Below, piece by piece: positions 1-9,462 of a stretch of DNA of 64,000 nucleotides. A program made the position numbers and the translations under genes. This DNA is from an uncultured Gemmatimonadales bacterium (GTDB lineage Bacteria; Gemmatimonadota; Gemmatimonadetes; Gemmatimonadales; Gemmatimonadaceae), in NCBI GenBank assembly GCA_963851265.1, contig CAWKNZ010000003.1:128001-192000 (forward strand), read 5' to 3'. Every line of letters begins with the position of its first letter. Within the stretch, counting starts at the first letter, position 1. Below the pieces are notes generated by a model. The model was not told the origin of the DNA. It was given only the letters and a program-made list of their open reading frames with translations, and searched no databases.

Positions 1-515
1 CCGAACGGGGCGAGCGAGAGTCCACTCTCGCGTTCGAGCGCGCCCAACGCGTCGCGCACCTCGGCGTTGGTGCGCAGCGCGGCGATGCGGCCGAGCACGG
101 GTGCGATCGGGGTCAGGCCGCGGCGGTCGACGGCCGCGGAGTCGAGGCAGCTGCGGTAGTAGGCGCCGATCTTCTGGGCGTTGCTGCCGGCGGCAGCGGA
201 CCGGTCGGCCGCGGCGGCATCGAGGATCCGGCGCAGGACGGTCTCGTTGCGGTCCTGCAACTCGTTGAAGCTGCCCCACGACGCGTACGCGGCGGGGATG
301 GTGTTGCGCTTCAACCAGCCGCCGTCGGCGAACTGGAAGAAGTTGGTGCAGGCCGCGCAGGTCGTGTCGAGGTTGGCGGGGTCGATGCCGCGGCCGCGCG
401 CGGAAGCCCCGGACGCCGCGGATGGGCCCTGCGCGGAGAGTATGACCGGGAAGGCGGCGGGGGCCGCCGCGAGGGCGAGCGCGAAGCGGAAGATCCGGAA
501 ACGGCGGAGCGACAT
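1..515 (-). CDS. M13 family zinc metallopeptidase (PepO/neprilysin-like), 5' part; runs off the window edge
   Basis: ATG at 515 gives MSLRRFRIFRFALALAAAP (signal-like) then DTTCAACTNFFQFADGGWLK..YASWGSFNELQD, near-identical to the adjacent M13 gene. Confidence 0.85.
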   Translation of the reverse strand, partial: MSLRRFRIFRFALALAAAPAAFPVILSAQGPSAASGASARGRGIDPANLDTTCAACTNFFQFADGGWLKRNTIPAAYASWGSFNELQDRNETVLRRILDAAAADRSAAAGSNAQKIGAYYRSCLDSAAVDRRGLTPIAPVLGRIAALRTNAEVRDALGALERESGLSLAPF

Positions 516-727
516 CGTCGACGGTTTGGGCGAGATCAGGCGGCGTGGACGGGGGATATTACCCCGGCGCACGCCCGGCGGGCGGGCGCGCCGGGTACGG
601 AGAACGGGCCGCCGTGCGATGCATCGCACGGCGGCCCGTTCAGTCCTTCATCAGCAGCGCCACAGTACGAGCGCCACACCACGAGCGCCGTGCGCCGGCG
701 CTCGGCGAGCGCGCGTCACCGCGCGCG

Positions 728-2818
728 CTACCAGATGCTCGCCCGCTGCTGCGCCGGGCGGACCATCGGGTCGCCGTCCTTGCAACCCCACGCCGCGCGG
801 AACTCGGGCATGTTGGAGAGCGGCCCGTTCACGCGGTACATCCCGGGCGAGTGCGGGTCGGTCGCGGCAGCGACGCGGGCCGCCTCGGGGCGGCTCACCT
901 CGCGCCACACCTGCGCCCAGCCGAGGAAGAAGCGCTGCTCGGGGGTGAAGCCGTCGATCTTCGCCTTCGACTTGCCCTGGTACGCCTTCTCCATCGCCGC
1001 GTAGGCGATCGTGAGGCCGCCCAGGTCGGCGATGTTCTCCCCCTGCGTGAGCGACCCGTTCACGTGCGTCGCCGTGTCGACCACGGTGTAGGCCGAGAAC
1101 TGGTCGACCACGCGCTGCGCCTGCGTCTTGAACTTGGCCGCGTCGGCCGCGGTCCACCAGTCGCGCAGGTTGCCCTGGGCGTCGAACTGGCGCCCCTGGT
1201 CGTCGAAGCCGTGCGACATCTCGTGCCCGATCACCGCGCCCATCGCGCCGTAGTTGACCGCGTCGTCGGCGCGCGGGTTGTAGAACGGGAACTGCAGGAT
1301 GCCCGCCGGGAAGACGATCTCGTTGACGGTCGGGTTGTAGTAGGCGTTGACCGTCGGCGGGGTCATGCCCCACTCGGTGCGGTCGACCGGCTTGCCGAGC
1401 TTGTTCCAGTTGCGCGCCTGGTTGAACTGCTGTGCGCGGCGCGCGTTGTCGTAGTAGGAATTGTCAGCGACGTCGAGCTTCGAGTAGTCGCGCCACGTGT
1501 CGGGGTAGCCGATCTTCTTCGTGAACGCGTTGAGCTTGGTGAGCGCCTGCTGCTTGGTGCTGTCGCTCATCCAGTCGAGCGCCTGGATGCGGTCGCGGAG
1601 GGCGGCCTGCAGGTTCTCGACCATGGCGAGGGCGCGCGCCTTGTCGTTCGGCGTGAACGTGCGCTTCACGTACTCCTGCCCTACGAGCTCGCCGAGTGCG
1701 GCGTTGGTCGCGTTGACGCAGCGCTTCCAGCGCGGCTGCTGCGCGGTGACGCCCGAGAGGTTGCGGCTGAAGGCGAACTGCTCGTTGACGAACGTGCTCG
1801 ACAGGGTGCCGGCCGCGCGGCTCAGCGCCTGCCAGCGCAGGTACGCCTTCCACGTCGCGAGCGGCTGAGTCCCGTAGAGCGTGTCGACGGTTGCGAGGAA
1901 CGCCGGCTGCGCGACGTTGACGGTGGTCGTCCCGCTCACGCCCGGTGCGCCCGCGTCGGTGAAGAAGCGCACCCAGTCGAAGCCGGGGGTCATCTTCTGC
2001 AGTTCGGCGACGCTCATCTTGTGGTACGTCGCGTTGGGATCGCGCATCGCGACGCGCGGCATCTGCGCCTGCGCGAGCTTCGTCTCGAGCGCGACCACGC
2101 GCGCCGCGTCGGAGTCGGCCGCGGTCTGGCTCTCCCCGGCGAGCACGAACATGCGCGCGACGTGCGGCGCATAGGCGTCGCGCACGGTCTTGTAGCGCGG
2201 CGCGTCGCTCAGGTAATAGTCGCGGTCGGGCAGCGACGTGCCGCCCTGGCCGACGTTGACGATCACCGTCTTGCTATCCTTGCGGTCCTGCCCCGCTCCC
2301 GCGCCGAACGGCGCCACGCCGGCATCGTGCTCCAGCAAGCCGAGGCGCTGCTTCATCTGGTCGACGCTGGTGAGCGCGTCGATCTCCTTCAAGACCGGGC
2401 GCACGGGGTCGAGCCCCATGCGCTCGGCCGCGGTGGAGTCCATGCACGACCGGTAGTAGCCGCCGATCTTCTGGTCGTTGCTGCCGCGCGCGGCCGCGGT
2501 GTTGGCCGCCGACGCCTCGATCACCTGACGCAGAACGGTCTCGTTTTGGTCCTGCAGCTCATTGAAGCTGCCCCAGCGCGAGTACGCGGCCGGGATGGTC
2601 GTCCGCTTCAACCAGCCGCCGTTCGCGAACTCGAAGAAGTTGGTGCACGCGGCACAGGTCGTGTCGAAGTTGGTCGGGTCGAGCGCGCGCGGCAGGGCGG
2701 GCCGGACGGTGGGCTTGGCCGCAACCTGTGCGGCGACGGTCCGCGCGACGACCGGCTGCACGAGCGCGCCAACCACGGCAGCGCCGAGCCAACCGGACCG
2801 GAGAGAGCGAGAAGGCAT
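728..2818 (-). CDS. M13 family zinc metallopeptidase, secreted
   Basis: VNAYY, HEMSH (HExxH), GENIAD and DPHSP motifs; start moved to the ATG of MPSRSLR signal peptide. Confidence 0.93.
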   Translation of the reverse strand: MPSRSLRSGWLGAAVVGALVQPVVARTVAAQVAAKPTVRPALPRALDPTNFDTTCAACTNFFEFANGGWLKRTTIPAAYSRWGSFNELQDQNETVLRQVIEASAANTAAARGSNDQKIGGYYRSCMDSTAAERMGLDPVRPVLKEIDALTSVDQMKQRLGLLEHDAGVAPFGAGAGQDRKDSKTVIVNVGQGGTSLPDRDYYLSDAPRYKTVRDAYAPHVARMFVLAGESQTAADSDAARVVALETKLAQAQMPRVAMRDPNATYHKMSVAELQKMTPGFDWVRFFTDAGAPGVSGTTTVNVAQPAFLATVDTLYGTQPLATWKAYLRWQALSRAAGTLSSTFVNEQFAFSRNLSGVTAQQPRWKRCVNATNAALGELVGQEYVKRTFTPNDKARALAMVENLQAALRDRIQALDWMSDSTKQQALTKLNAFTKKIGYPDTWRDYSKLDVADNSYYDNARRAQQFNQARNWNKLGKPVDRTEWGMTPPTVNAYYNPTVNEIVFPAGILQFPFYNPRADDAVNYGAMGAVIGHEMSHGFDDQGRQFDAQGNLRDWWTAADAAKFKTQAQRVVDQFSAYTVVDTATHVNGSLTQGENIADLGGLTIAYAAMEKAYQGKSKAKIDGFTPEQRFFLGWAQVWREVSRPEAARVAAATDPHSPGMYRVNGPLSNMPEFRAAWGCKDGDPMVRPAQQRASIW

Positions 2819-2934
2819 AAGGGGAACGAAGAGGAACGCACGACGGCCCGCCGTGACCGGGGTGCATACGGTCGGCGGGAGGACGGGGTAGCCGTGATAC
2901 GCGTCGGTGGGGCGAAATGTTCGTCGATCCTGCT

Positions 2935-3072
2935 CGGCAGATAGTGCCGCGATAGCCGTTCCTGCCGCGCGCGGCAGCTCGCGCCGACGACTCGGCACTC
3001 GGTGATAACCGTCTGCCAAACAACGAGTTACACGCATTGCACCGCGTGCGGGTGGGCCGGTCCTGGAGTTGC
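2935..3072 (+). promoter_or_regulatory. Putative sigma-54 promoter of flgB operon with activator sites and IHF-like element
   Basis: CGGCA-GATAG-TGCCG 2935-2949, CGGCA-GCTCG-CGCCG 2972-2986, 25-bp TAA..CAACGAGTTA 3006-3030, GG-TCCTGGAGTT-GC 3059-3072. Confidence 0.65.
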
Positions 3073-3114
3073 CTTCGTCGAGAGCGCGGTTCCTACCCTC
3101 TCTACTCCCGCCCC

Positions 3115-3414
3115 ATGCTCTTCGGCTTGATCGATCGTGTGACCGGCGCGGCGTCGATTCGTGGCGCGCTCGACGCCAGCGCGGCCCGCACGCGCGCCGT
3201 CGCGGACCGCGTGGCCAAGGCGTCGCTCAACAACGCTGACGGCTTCGCGATGCCGGCGACCACGGCCGAGAGTGCGAGCGGAGCCCGCCCCGGACCGCCA
3301 CCCGACCTCGAAGGCGAGATGGTGAGCCTCGGCGACGAGCAACTGCGCTACGAAGCGACCGCCAAGCTGCTGCAGACGGCGTATTCGCAGCTCCGCACGG
3401 CGATGAAGTCGTGA
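3115..3414 (+). CDS. flgB: Flagellar basal-body rod protein FlgB (short, divergent)
   Basis: ALDASAARTRAVADRVA and DLEGEMVSLGDEQLRYEA..LRTAMK; directly upstream of flgC. Confidence 0.8.
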   Translation: MLFGLIDRVTGAASIRGALDASAARTRAVADRVAKASLNNADGFAMPATTAESASGARPGPPPDLEGEMVSLGDEQLRYEATAKLLQTAYSQLRTAMKS

Positions 3415-3487
3415 CGGGCGCGCGTTGATGCCACCCACCCGGATCGGGCTGCTACCCGCGTACGTGCCGCAGTCGCCCGTACGCCCG

Positions 3488-4096
3488 ATGTTCCGCTCGC
3501 TCGCGATCGCGGCGAGTGGGCTGTCGGCGCAGCGCGCGCGCATCGAGACCGTGGCGAGCAACCTCGCCAATGCCGACGTCACGCGCGGACCGGACGGCCA
3601 GCCGTACCGGCGCAAGGTGACGGTGATGCAGCCCGCGACGGCGGACACGCAGCTCTTCGGCGCGCTGACGCCGGGTGGGCTGAGCGGTACGGCGGCCACG
3701 CCGGTCCCGCCGTTCGGCTCGGCCGCGTTCCAAGTGCCTGCACTGGCCGCGGTGCGCAGCAACGCGGCGTTCGGTGGCGCGACGGCCACGACGGGCGACC
3801 AGTCGCGGACCGTGCAGGTGCCACTGCTGCCCGCGGCCGGCTCGCCGTCTCCGTTCGGCGGAGATGACGGGCTGCACGGCGTGCGCGTGGCAGGCATCCA
3901 GGACGACCAGACCGAGGGGCCCCTCGTCTACGATCCCGGCCACCCCGACGCCGACGCCAGCGGCTACGTGCGCTACCCGAACGTCCGCACGACCGACGAG
4001 ATGGTCGACCTCCTGGACGCACGCCGCGTCTACGAGGCGAACGCTACGGTGTTCCAATCGGCCAAAGCGATGTTGAAGAAGGCGATCGAGATCTGA
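3488..4096 (+). CDS. flgC: Flagellar basal-body rod protein FlgC
   Basis: SLAIAASGLSAQRARIETVASNLANAD, PYRRK, YDPGHPDAD..GYVRYPNV..EMVDL..YEAN; start could be 3428. Confidence 0.93.
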   Translation: MFRSLAIAASGLSAQRARIETVASNLANADVTRGPDGQPYRRKVTVMQPATADTQLFGALTPGGLSGTAATPVPPFGSAAFQVPALAAVRSNAAFGGATATTGDQSRTVQVPLLPAAGSPSPFGGDDGLHGVRVAGIQDDQTEGPLVYDPGHPDADASGYVRYPNVRTTDEMVDLLDARRVYEANATVFQSAKAMLKKAIEI

Positions 4097-4138
4097 TCCG
4101 AGTTCCCCCGCGCGAGTCCCCTCCGAGCAAGCCCTCCC

Positions 4139-4546
4139 ATGTCCATTTCCGGCGTCAACAACCCGCTCACGAGCGGACTCGGCGCGATCGGCCGCCCGCT
4201 CACGCCGTCGGCTCCGGGCGGCGCGAACGGAGCCGGCACGCCCGGCGTGCGTCCCGGCGTCGCGCGCCCGACCGCCCCGGCCACGCCGCTCCCGCTGCGC
4301 GGCGCGACGTCGCCGCTGGGCGGCGCGCAGGCCTCGCTTCCGGCCGAGGCCCCGGCGGGTACCGACCCGGCGCTGTGGGGCGTGCTGACCAGCGAGGAGC
4401 GGTCGTTTTTCGCCAAGAGCGCGACGAGCGGCCCGCTGACCTACGGGCGCGTGGCGGCCGGCGTGCAGGCGCTGCAGGGCAACACCGCGGCCGCCAACGC
4501 GTTCGGCGCGGCCGCGCGCGGCGGGCGCCTCGACGTGAAGGCGTAG
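4139..4546 (+). CDS. Hypothetical protein between flgC and fliE
   Basis: ATG ORF packed in the operon; Pro/Gly-rich N-terminus and ordered-looking C-terminus LWGVLTSEERSFF..LTYG..RGGRLDVKA. Confidence 0.7.
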   Translation: MSISGVNNPLTSGLGAIGRPLTPSAPGGANGAGTPGVRPGVARPTAPATPLPLRGATSPLGGAQASLPAEAPAGTDPALWGVLTSEERSFFAKSATSGPLTYGRVAAGVQALQGNTAAANAFGAAARGGRLDVKA

Positions 4547-4549
4547 CCC

Positions 4550-4906
4550 GTGTCCGACGCGATCTCCGCGATCACGAGCCGGATGCGGATGCATTCGGCG
4601 ATCGGGAACGGCATCGCCGGCGGGCTCGGACTCGACTCCGGGTCTTCGATCCACGTCCCGATCGGCGCCCCCCGAGACGCCGGCGGCGCCTCGTTCGGCG
4701 ACACGCTCAAGCAGTTCGTGAGCGGCGTCTCGGACCAGCAGGACGCGGCGGGGGAGCTCAAGGACCGCTTTCTCCGGGGCGAGCCGGTCGAGCTGCACCA
4801 GGTGATGGCGGCGGGCGAGGAGGCGAGCCTCTCGCTCGAGATGATGGTCGAGCTGCGCAACAAGGTGCTCGACGCGTACAAGACGCTCACCGCGATGCAG
4901 AGCTGA
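4550..4906 (+). CDS. fliE: Flagellar hook-basal body protein FliE
   Basis: SFGDTLKQ..ELHQVMAAGEEASLSLEMMVELRNKVLDAYK. Confidence 0.93.
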   Translation: MSDAISAITSRMRMHSAIGNGIAGGLGLDSGSSIHVPIGAPRDAGGASFGDTLKQFVSGVSDQQDAAGELKDRFLRGEPVELHQVMAAGEEASLSLEMMVELRNKVLDAYKTLTAMQS

Positions 4907-5041
4907 CGCCGCGCGGGCGCTCGCTTTCCTCCCATCCGGCCGAAACCGCCGCGCCGGTGTATCATCCCGTGTCCAGGACAGGGTCCTGGTCGGCGGGGCA
5001 CCAATGCGGCGCCCTCGTCCGCGCTCCTTCACCCGTACCGC

Positions 5042-5716
5042 ATGACAGCACCACCCGCGCGCCGGCAGCAGGCCGCGCGCCCACACTCGGCGGAACGCGC
5101 CCCCAAGAGCAACGCTCGGGGCGCACCGGCCGACGCGCTTTACGCGCCATCCCAGCAGCACGGGCACATTGCCCACCCCCAGGGCGGCCACCCGACCAAC
5201 GGCCAGCAGCACCACGGCCACGGCCCGCTGACGCACGACGCGCCCTCACACGCGACGTCGCTGCACGAGGCGCCCAAGCGCGCCCGCCGCTCGCGCCGCC
5301 GGTCGCCGTACGCCGCCGCCGAGCAGGAACGCTCGGTGTCGCTGCCGACCGACCGCGAGGCCTACGGCGAGACCCGCCGGTGGTTGCTCGCGCAGCACGG
5401 CCCGGTGTGCGCCTACTGCGCGCGCAAGGTGCCCGAAGGGGAAATCACTCTCGACCACGTGACGCCCCGCCGCGGGCGCACGGCGTACGACCGCCGCGAC
5501 AACCTCGTCCTGGCGTGCCGGCGGTGTAACGGCCTCAAGGCCGACAAGCCGATCCTGGCGTACCTGATGTCGCACCGCCCCCGGGCGGCCTCGCTGCTCT
5601 ACTACGGGCGGCACCTCAGTCCCATGCTCGTCGACCTCGCCCGCAACATGGCCGATCCCGAGGATCTGGCCCGCGTGACGCGACTCGCCGATCCGGACTA
5701 CCCGTACCGCGACTGA
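5042..5716 (+). CDS. HNH endonuclease family protein
   Basis: CAYC..ITLDHVTPRRG..DNLVLACRRCNGLKADK; His-rich disordered N-terminus; start uncertain. Confidence 0.85.
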   Translation: MTAPPARRQQAARPHSAERAPKSNARGAPADALYAPSQQHGHIAHPQGGHPTNGQQHHGHGPLTHDAPSHATSLHEAPKRARRSRRRSPYAAAEQERSVSLPTDREAYGETRRWLLAQHGPVCAYCARKVPEGEITLDHVTPRRGRTAYDRRDNLVLACRRCNGLKADKPILAYLMSHRPRAASLLYYGRHLSPMLVDLARNMADPEDLARVTRLADPDYPYRD

Positions 5717-5751
5717 ATCCGGCGCTCGTCGCCCGACACCCGACGGCGAAG

Positions 5752-5889
5752 CGGCCGAGCATGCCGCTTCGCACTCGGTAAAAGCTGCCGCTCGGCGAAG
5801 TCGAGTAGATGGGCCGACGCCTCCGACGTCGGCCCAAGTCGTTTCCGGGCAACGTGTTAGCGAGAGTCGGCCGGTGGAACGGGCAGTGC
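5752..5889 (+). promoter_or_regulatory. Putative sigma-54 promoter of fliF operon
   Basis: CGGCC-GAGCA-TGCCG 5752, CGGTA-AAAGC-TGCCG 5776, 25-bp element 5835-5859, TGG-AACGGGCAGT-GC 5875-5889. Confidence 0.65.
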
Positions 5890-5902
5890 CTCTGCGCTTG
5901 GC

Positions 5903-7504
5903 GTGCTCGCCGCCCTCCCCGCCCCCCTCGCGCCCCTCCAGCCCGTCGTCGACCGACTGGGCGGACCCCGCCGCGCGCTGATCCTCCTCGTCGGGCTCCT
6001 CACCGCCGGGCTCGTGTTCGGGGTCTCGCGCTGGGCGACCGCGCCGACCTTCGTCCCCGTGTTCGCCAACGTCCCGGTCGAGCAGTCGGGCAAGATGACC
6101 GACAAGCTCGGCGAGGCCGGCATCGAGTACCACCTCGAGAAGGGAGGCACCGAGATCCAGGTGAAGACCGAGGACCTCGCGCGCGCCCGCGTCACGCTCG
6201 CGCGCGACGGCGGCCTGCCCAACGCGGGGCGGCCCGGGCTCGAGCTGTTCGACCAGCCGTCGTGGGGGACGACCGAGTTCACGCAGCGGATCAACTACCG
6301 CCGCGCGCTGGAAGGCGAGTTGGAGCGCACGATCGGCAAGATGCGAGGGATCGAGCAGGCGCAGGTGCACGTCGCGATGCCCGAGACGCAGCTCTTCCGC
6401 CGCGGCGACCGCCCGCTCGAGGCGAGCGTCGTGTTGAAGCTGACCAACGGCGAGCGGCCGAGCGCCGACGTCGTCGAGGGGATGACGCACCTCGTCGCGG
6501 CGAGCGTGGACGGCCTCGCGAGCGACCGCGTGACGATCGTCGACGACGCGGGGCGGATGCTCACGATGGACGGCGAGGCGGGGTCGGTCGCCGGCCTCAC
6601 GAGCCGCCAACTCGCCGTACAGCGCGAGGTCGAGGGTTACCTCGAGAAGAAGGCGCAGGAGATCGTCTCGCAGGTGGTGGGCACCAAGAACGCGCGCGTG
6701 CAGGTGAGTGCACTCGTCAACTTCGACAAGGTCGAGCGCACCGTCGAGGCCGTCGACCCCGACAAGCAGGCGGTCGCGACCGAGCAGAAGGCCGAGATCA
6801 CGCCGGGCGCGCAGGGCGGCGCGGCGAGCACGAACGTCGCGACCAGCTACGAAACGACCAAGAGCACCGAGACTTTCAGCGGCGCGATCGGCAACGTGCG
6901 CCGCCTCACCGTCGCGGTGCTCGTCAACGACAAGCTGTCGACCGGGCCCAAGCCGGCGCCGGTTCCGCGGAGCCCGGTCGAGCTGGCGCGCATCGACACG
7001 CTCGTGCGCAACGCCGTCGGCCTCGACTCCGCGCGCGGCGACAAGTTGAGCGTGGTGAACGTCGCGTTCGACGGCGGCCTCGCGCCGCCGCCGGAGCAGG
7101 CGCCCGACGTGTGGCAGAAGATCTCGGGCGCGGAGAAGCCGCTCGTCACCGGGCTGGCGCTCGCCGCGCTGCTCGTCGTCGCCGTGGTGACGATGCGCGC
7201 GCTCAAGCCGGCGGCGGACCCCGAGGCCGCGGTCGCGGCCCTCACGGCCGGCGCCGCGGGCACCCCGGGCGCGGTCGACGTGGCCGGCGAGGAGATCGCC
7301 GCGGTCGGCACGCCGGCCCTCGCCGCGGGCGGCGACGCCCTCGGCGGCGCACCCGGAGACGGCGCGCTCGGCGCGGGTGCCGAGACGCAAACGGTGCTGC
7401 GCGACTTCAGCAACCCGGTGCGCGACCAGGTCGCCGCGACGATCGAGCAGCGCCCCGAGGCGGCCGCGCGCGTGGTGCGCGCCTGGCTGCGCCAGACCAA
7501 CTGA
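5903..7504 (+). CDS. fliF: Flagellar MS-ring protein FliF
   Basis: GLELFDQPSWGTTEFTQRINYRRALEGELERTI, ASVVLKL, RRLTVAVLVN; two TM segments. Confidence 0.96.
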   Translation: MLAALPAPLAPLQPVVDRLGGPRRALILLVGLLTAGLVFGVSRWATAPTFVPVFANVPVEQSGKMTDKLGEAGIEYHLEKGGTEIQVKTEDLARARVTLARDGGLPNAGRPGLELFDQPSWGTTEFTQRINYRRALEGELERTIGKMRGIEQAQVHVAMPETQLFRRGDRPLEASVVLKLTNGERPSADVVEGMTHLVAASVDGLASDRVTIVDDAGRMLTMDGEAGSVAGLTSRQLAVQREVEGYLEKKAQEIVSQVVGTKNARVQVSALVNFDKVERTVEAVDPDKQAVATEQKAEITPGAQGGAASTNVATSYETTKSTETFSGAIGNVRRLTVAVLVNDKLSTGPKPAPVPRSPVELARIDTLVRNAVGLDSARGDKLSVVNVAFDGGLAPPPEQAPDVWQKISGAEKPLVTGLALAALLVVAVVTMRALKPAADPEAAVAALTAGAAGTPGAVDVAGEEIAAVGTPALAAGGDALGGAPGDGALGAGAETQTVLRDFSNPVRDQVAATIEQRPEAAARVVRAWLRQTN

Positions 7505-7537
7505 CGGGCACCCGGCCCGACGCCTCCCCCACCCGCC

Positions 7538-8560
7538 ATGTCGCTCGCCTTCCCCGCCACGCGCCCCCTCACGGGCCGCCAGAAGCTCGCGGTCGTCTTC
7601 ATGGCGGTCGGCCCCGAAGTCACGGCCACGCTCGGCGCCGAACTCTCGCCCGACGAGATCGAGCAGATCAGCCTCGAGATCGCGCAGACCGAGCGCGTGC
7701 CCGCGGAGGTGACCGAGCAGGTGCTCGCGGAGTGGCTCGAGGCCACGTTAGGCGTCGCCTCGCTGTCGATGGGCGGCATGGAGTTCGCGCGCGAGGTGCT
7801 CGAGCGCGCGTACGGGCGCGCGAAGGCCGAGCAGATGCTCAAGCGCATCCAGAATCAGCTCACCGACACGGTCGGGATGCCGCGGCTACGCAAGCTCGAC
7901 CCGCAGCAGCTCGCGACGACCCTGCGCGGCGAGCACCCGCAGACGGCGGCGCTCGTGCTGTCGCACCTCGAGCCGTCGCACACGGCGGCGATCGTGCGCG
8001 AGTTGCCCGCGGTGTTCGGCGGCGACGTGCTCTACCGCATGGCGAAGATGGAGAAGGTCGCGCCCGAGATGCTGCAGCTGGTCGAGCGGGCGCTGTCGAG
8101 CGACGCGGACCTCACGTTCACGACGGGGATGGCGGCCGCGGGCGGCCCGGCGGCGGTGGCGAGCGTGCTCAACCTCGTCTCCGGCGCGCTCGAGAAGGAG
8201 TTCATCGAGGGGTTCTCGGAGCGCGACGCGACGCTCGCCGAGCAGATCAAGAATCTCATGTTCGTCTTCGAGGACCTCGTCGGGCTCGACGACAAGTCGC
8301 TCCAGCGACTGCTGCGCGAGGTCGACGCGAAGCAGCTCGCGCTGGCGCTCAAGGCCGCCAGCGACGACCTCAAGGCGAAGATCCTCGGCTCGATGTCGCA
8401 GCGCGCGGTCGCCGCGCTCAAGGAGGAGATGGAGTTCATGGGCCCGGTCAAGATGCGCGACGTCGAGACGGCACAGACGACGATCGTCACCCAGGTCCGC
8501 AAGCTCGAAGAGTCCGGCGAGATCGTGCTGAGCGCCGGCGGCGACGACGTGCTCGTCTGA
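7538..8560 (+). CDS. fliG: Flagellar motor switch protein FliG
   Basis: LTGRQKLA, EHPQ, MFVFEDL, MGPVKMRDVE. Confidence 0.96.
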   Translation: MSLAFPATRPLTGRQKLAVVFMAVGPEVTATLGAELSPDEIEQISLEIAQTERVPAEVTEQVLAEWLEATLGVASLSMGGMEFAREVLERAYGRAKAEQMLKRIQNQLTDTVGMPRLRKLDPQQLATTLRGEHPQTAALVLSHLEPSHTAAIVRELPAVFGGDVLYRMAKMEKVAPEMLQLVERALSSDADLTFTTGMAAAGGPAAVASVLNLVSGALEKEFIEGFSERDATLAEQIKNLMFVFEDLVGLDDKSLQRLLREVDAKQLALALKAASDDLKAKILGSMSQRAVAALKEEMEFMGPVKMRDVETAQTTIVTQVRKLEESGEIVLSAGGDDVLV

Positions 8561-8583
8561 CGGGCTCCCCGCACCGCCTCCCC

Positions 8584-9462
8584 ATGTCGCACAGTCGTCC
8601 GTTCCGCGCGCCCGACGCGTCGCCCTGGCTCCCCGACGCGTGGTTCGCGCCCGAGTTGCCCGACGCCGGCGGGACAGGTGCCGGCGCCGCGCGCGAGCGC
8701 GCACCGGAGCCCTTCGGCGGGTTCGTCGCCGGGTGGGCGGCGGAAGCGGCTGCAGGTGCGGCTGCGGATGCGCGCGTGTCGCCGTCGACTCACGCCCTCG
8801 ACGCCCTGTTGCCCGAGTTCGGGACCGGGTTGGGTCGCGGTGTCGGGCGCCACGGCGACCACGCGCTCGACGCGCTCGCTGCCGAGGCGGCCGACGCGCG
8901 CGAGGCCGAGGTCCGTGCCGAGCTCGCCGAACTGTATGCCGCCGAACTCGCCGCGCGCGACGCCGCACACGGCGAGACGCTCGAACAGGCCTGGGCGGAC
9001 GGACACGCGGCGGGGCACGCGGCCGGCGAAGCGCAGGCACACGCGATGTTCGCCGAGGCGGCCGGCGCGCTCGACGCCGCCGTGCGCGACGTCCAGCACC
9101 ACGAGGAGCGCTGGCTGGGCGATCTGCGCGCGCACGTCGCCGCACTCGCCGTCGCGGTTGCGCAGCACGTGGTCGGGCGCGAGGTCGCGGCCGACGACGC
9201 ACTCGTCGTCGCGCTCGTCGCGCGAGCGGTGGCGGAATTCCCCGCGCAGGAGGCGCTCGTCGCCCGCGTGCACCCCGCCGACCTCGACGCGCTGAAGGCG
9301 GCGTGGGCCGGCGCGGCGCGCGAAGGCGAGGTGCGCTGGACGCCCGACGCGCGCGTCGCGCGCGGCGGCGCCCTCATCGAAGGGCGCGAGCGCATCGTCG
9401 ACGGGCGCGTGGACGCGGCGCTCGAACGGCTGTACCGCGCGCTCGGGGGGCACGCGGCGTGA
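8584..9462 (+). CDS. fliH: Flagellar assembly protein FliH
   Basis: AxxxGxxxGxxxG repeats, ARVHPADL, DARVARGGALIE; between fliG and fliI. Confidence 0.88.
   Translation: MSHSRPFRAPDASPWLPDAWFAPELPDAGGTGAGAARERAPEPFGGFVAGWAAEAAAGAAADARVSPSTHALDALLPEFGTGLGRGVGRHGDHALDALAAEAADAREAEVRAELAELYAAELAARDAAHGETLEQAWADGHAAGHAAGEAQAHAMFAEAAGALDAAVRDVQHHEERWLGDLRAHVAALAVAVAQHVVGREVAADDALVVALVARAVAEFPAQEALVARVHPADLDALKAAWAGAAREGEVRWTPDARVARGGALIEGRERIVDGRVDAALERLYRALGGHAA

Noticed and set aside
545..2944. Long antisense and alternative-frame Arg/Ala-rich ORFs here and throughout the window
   Set aside because: They overlap well-supported genes and lack motifs; typical of stop-poor GC-rich DNA.
5809..9462. 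1217-aa ORF as a giant fusion
   Set aside because: Shadow frame over fliF and fliG; only the part from ATG 8584 (FliH) is real.
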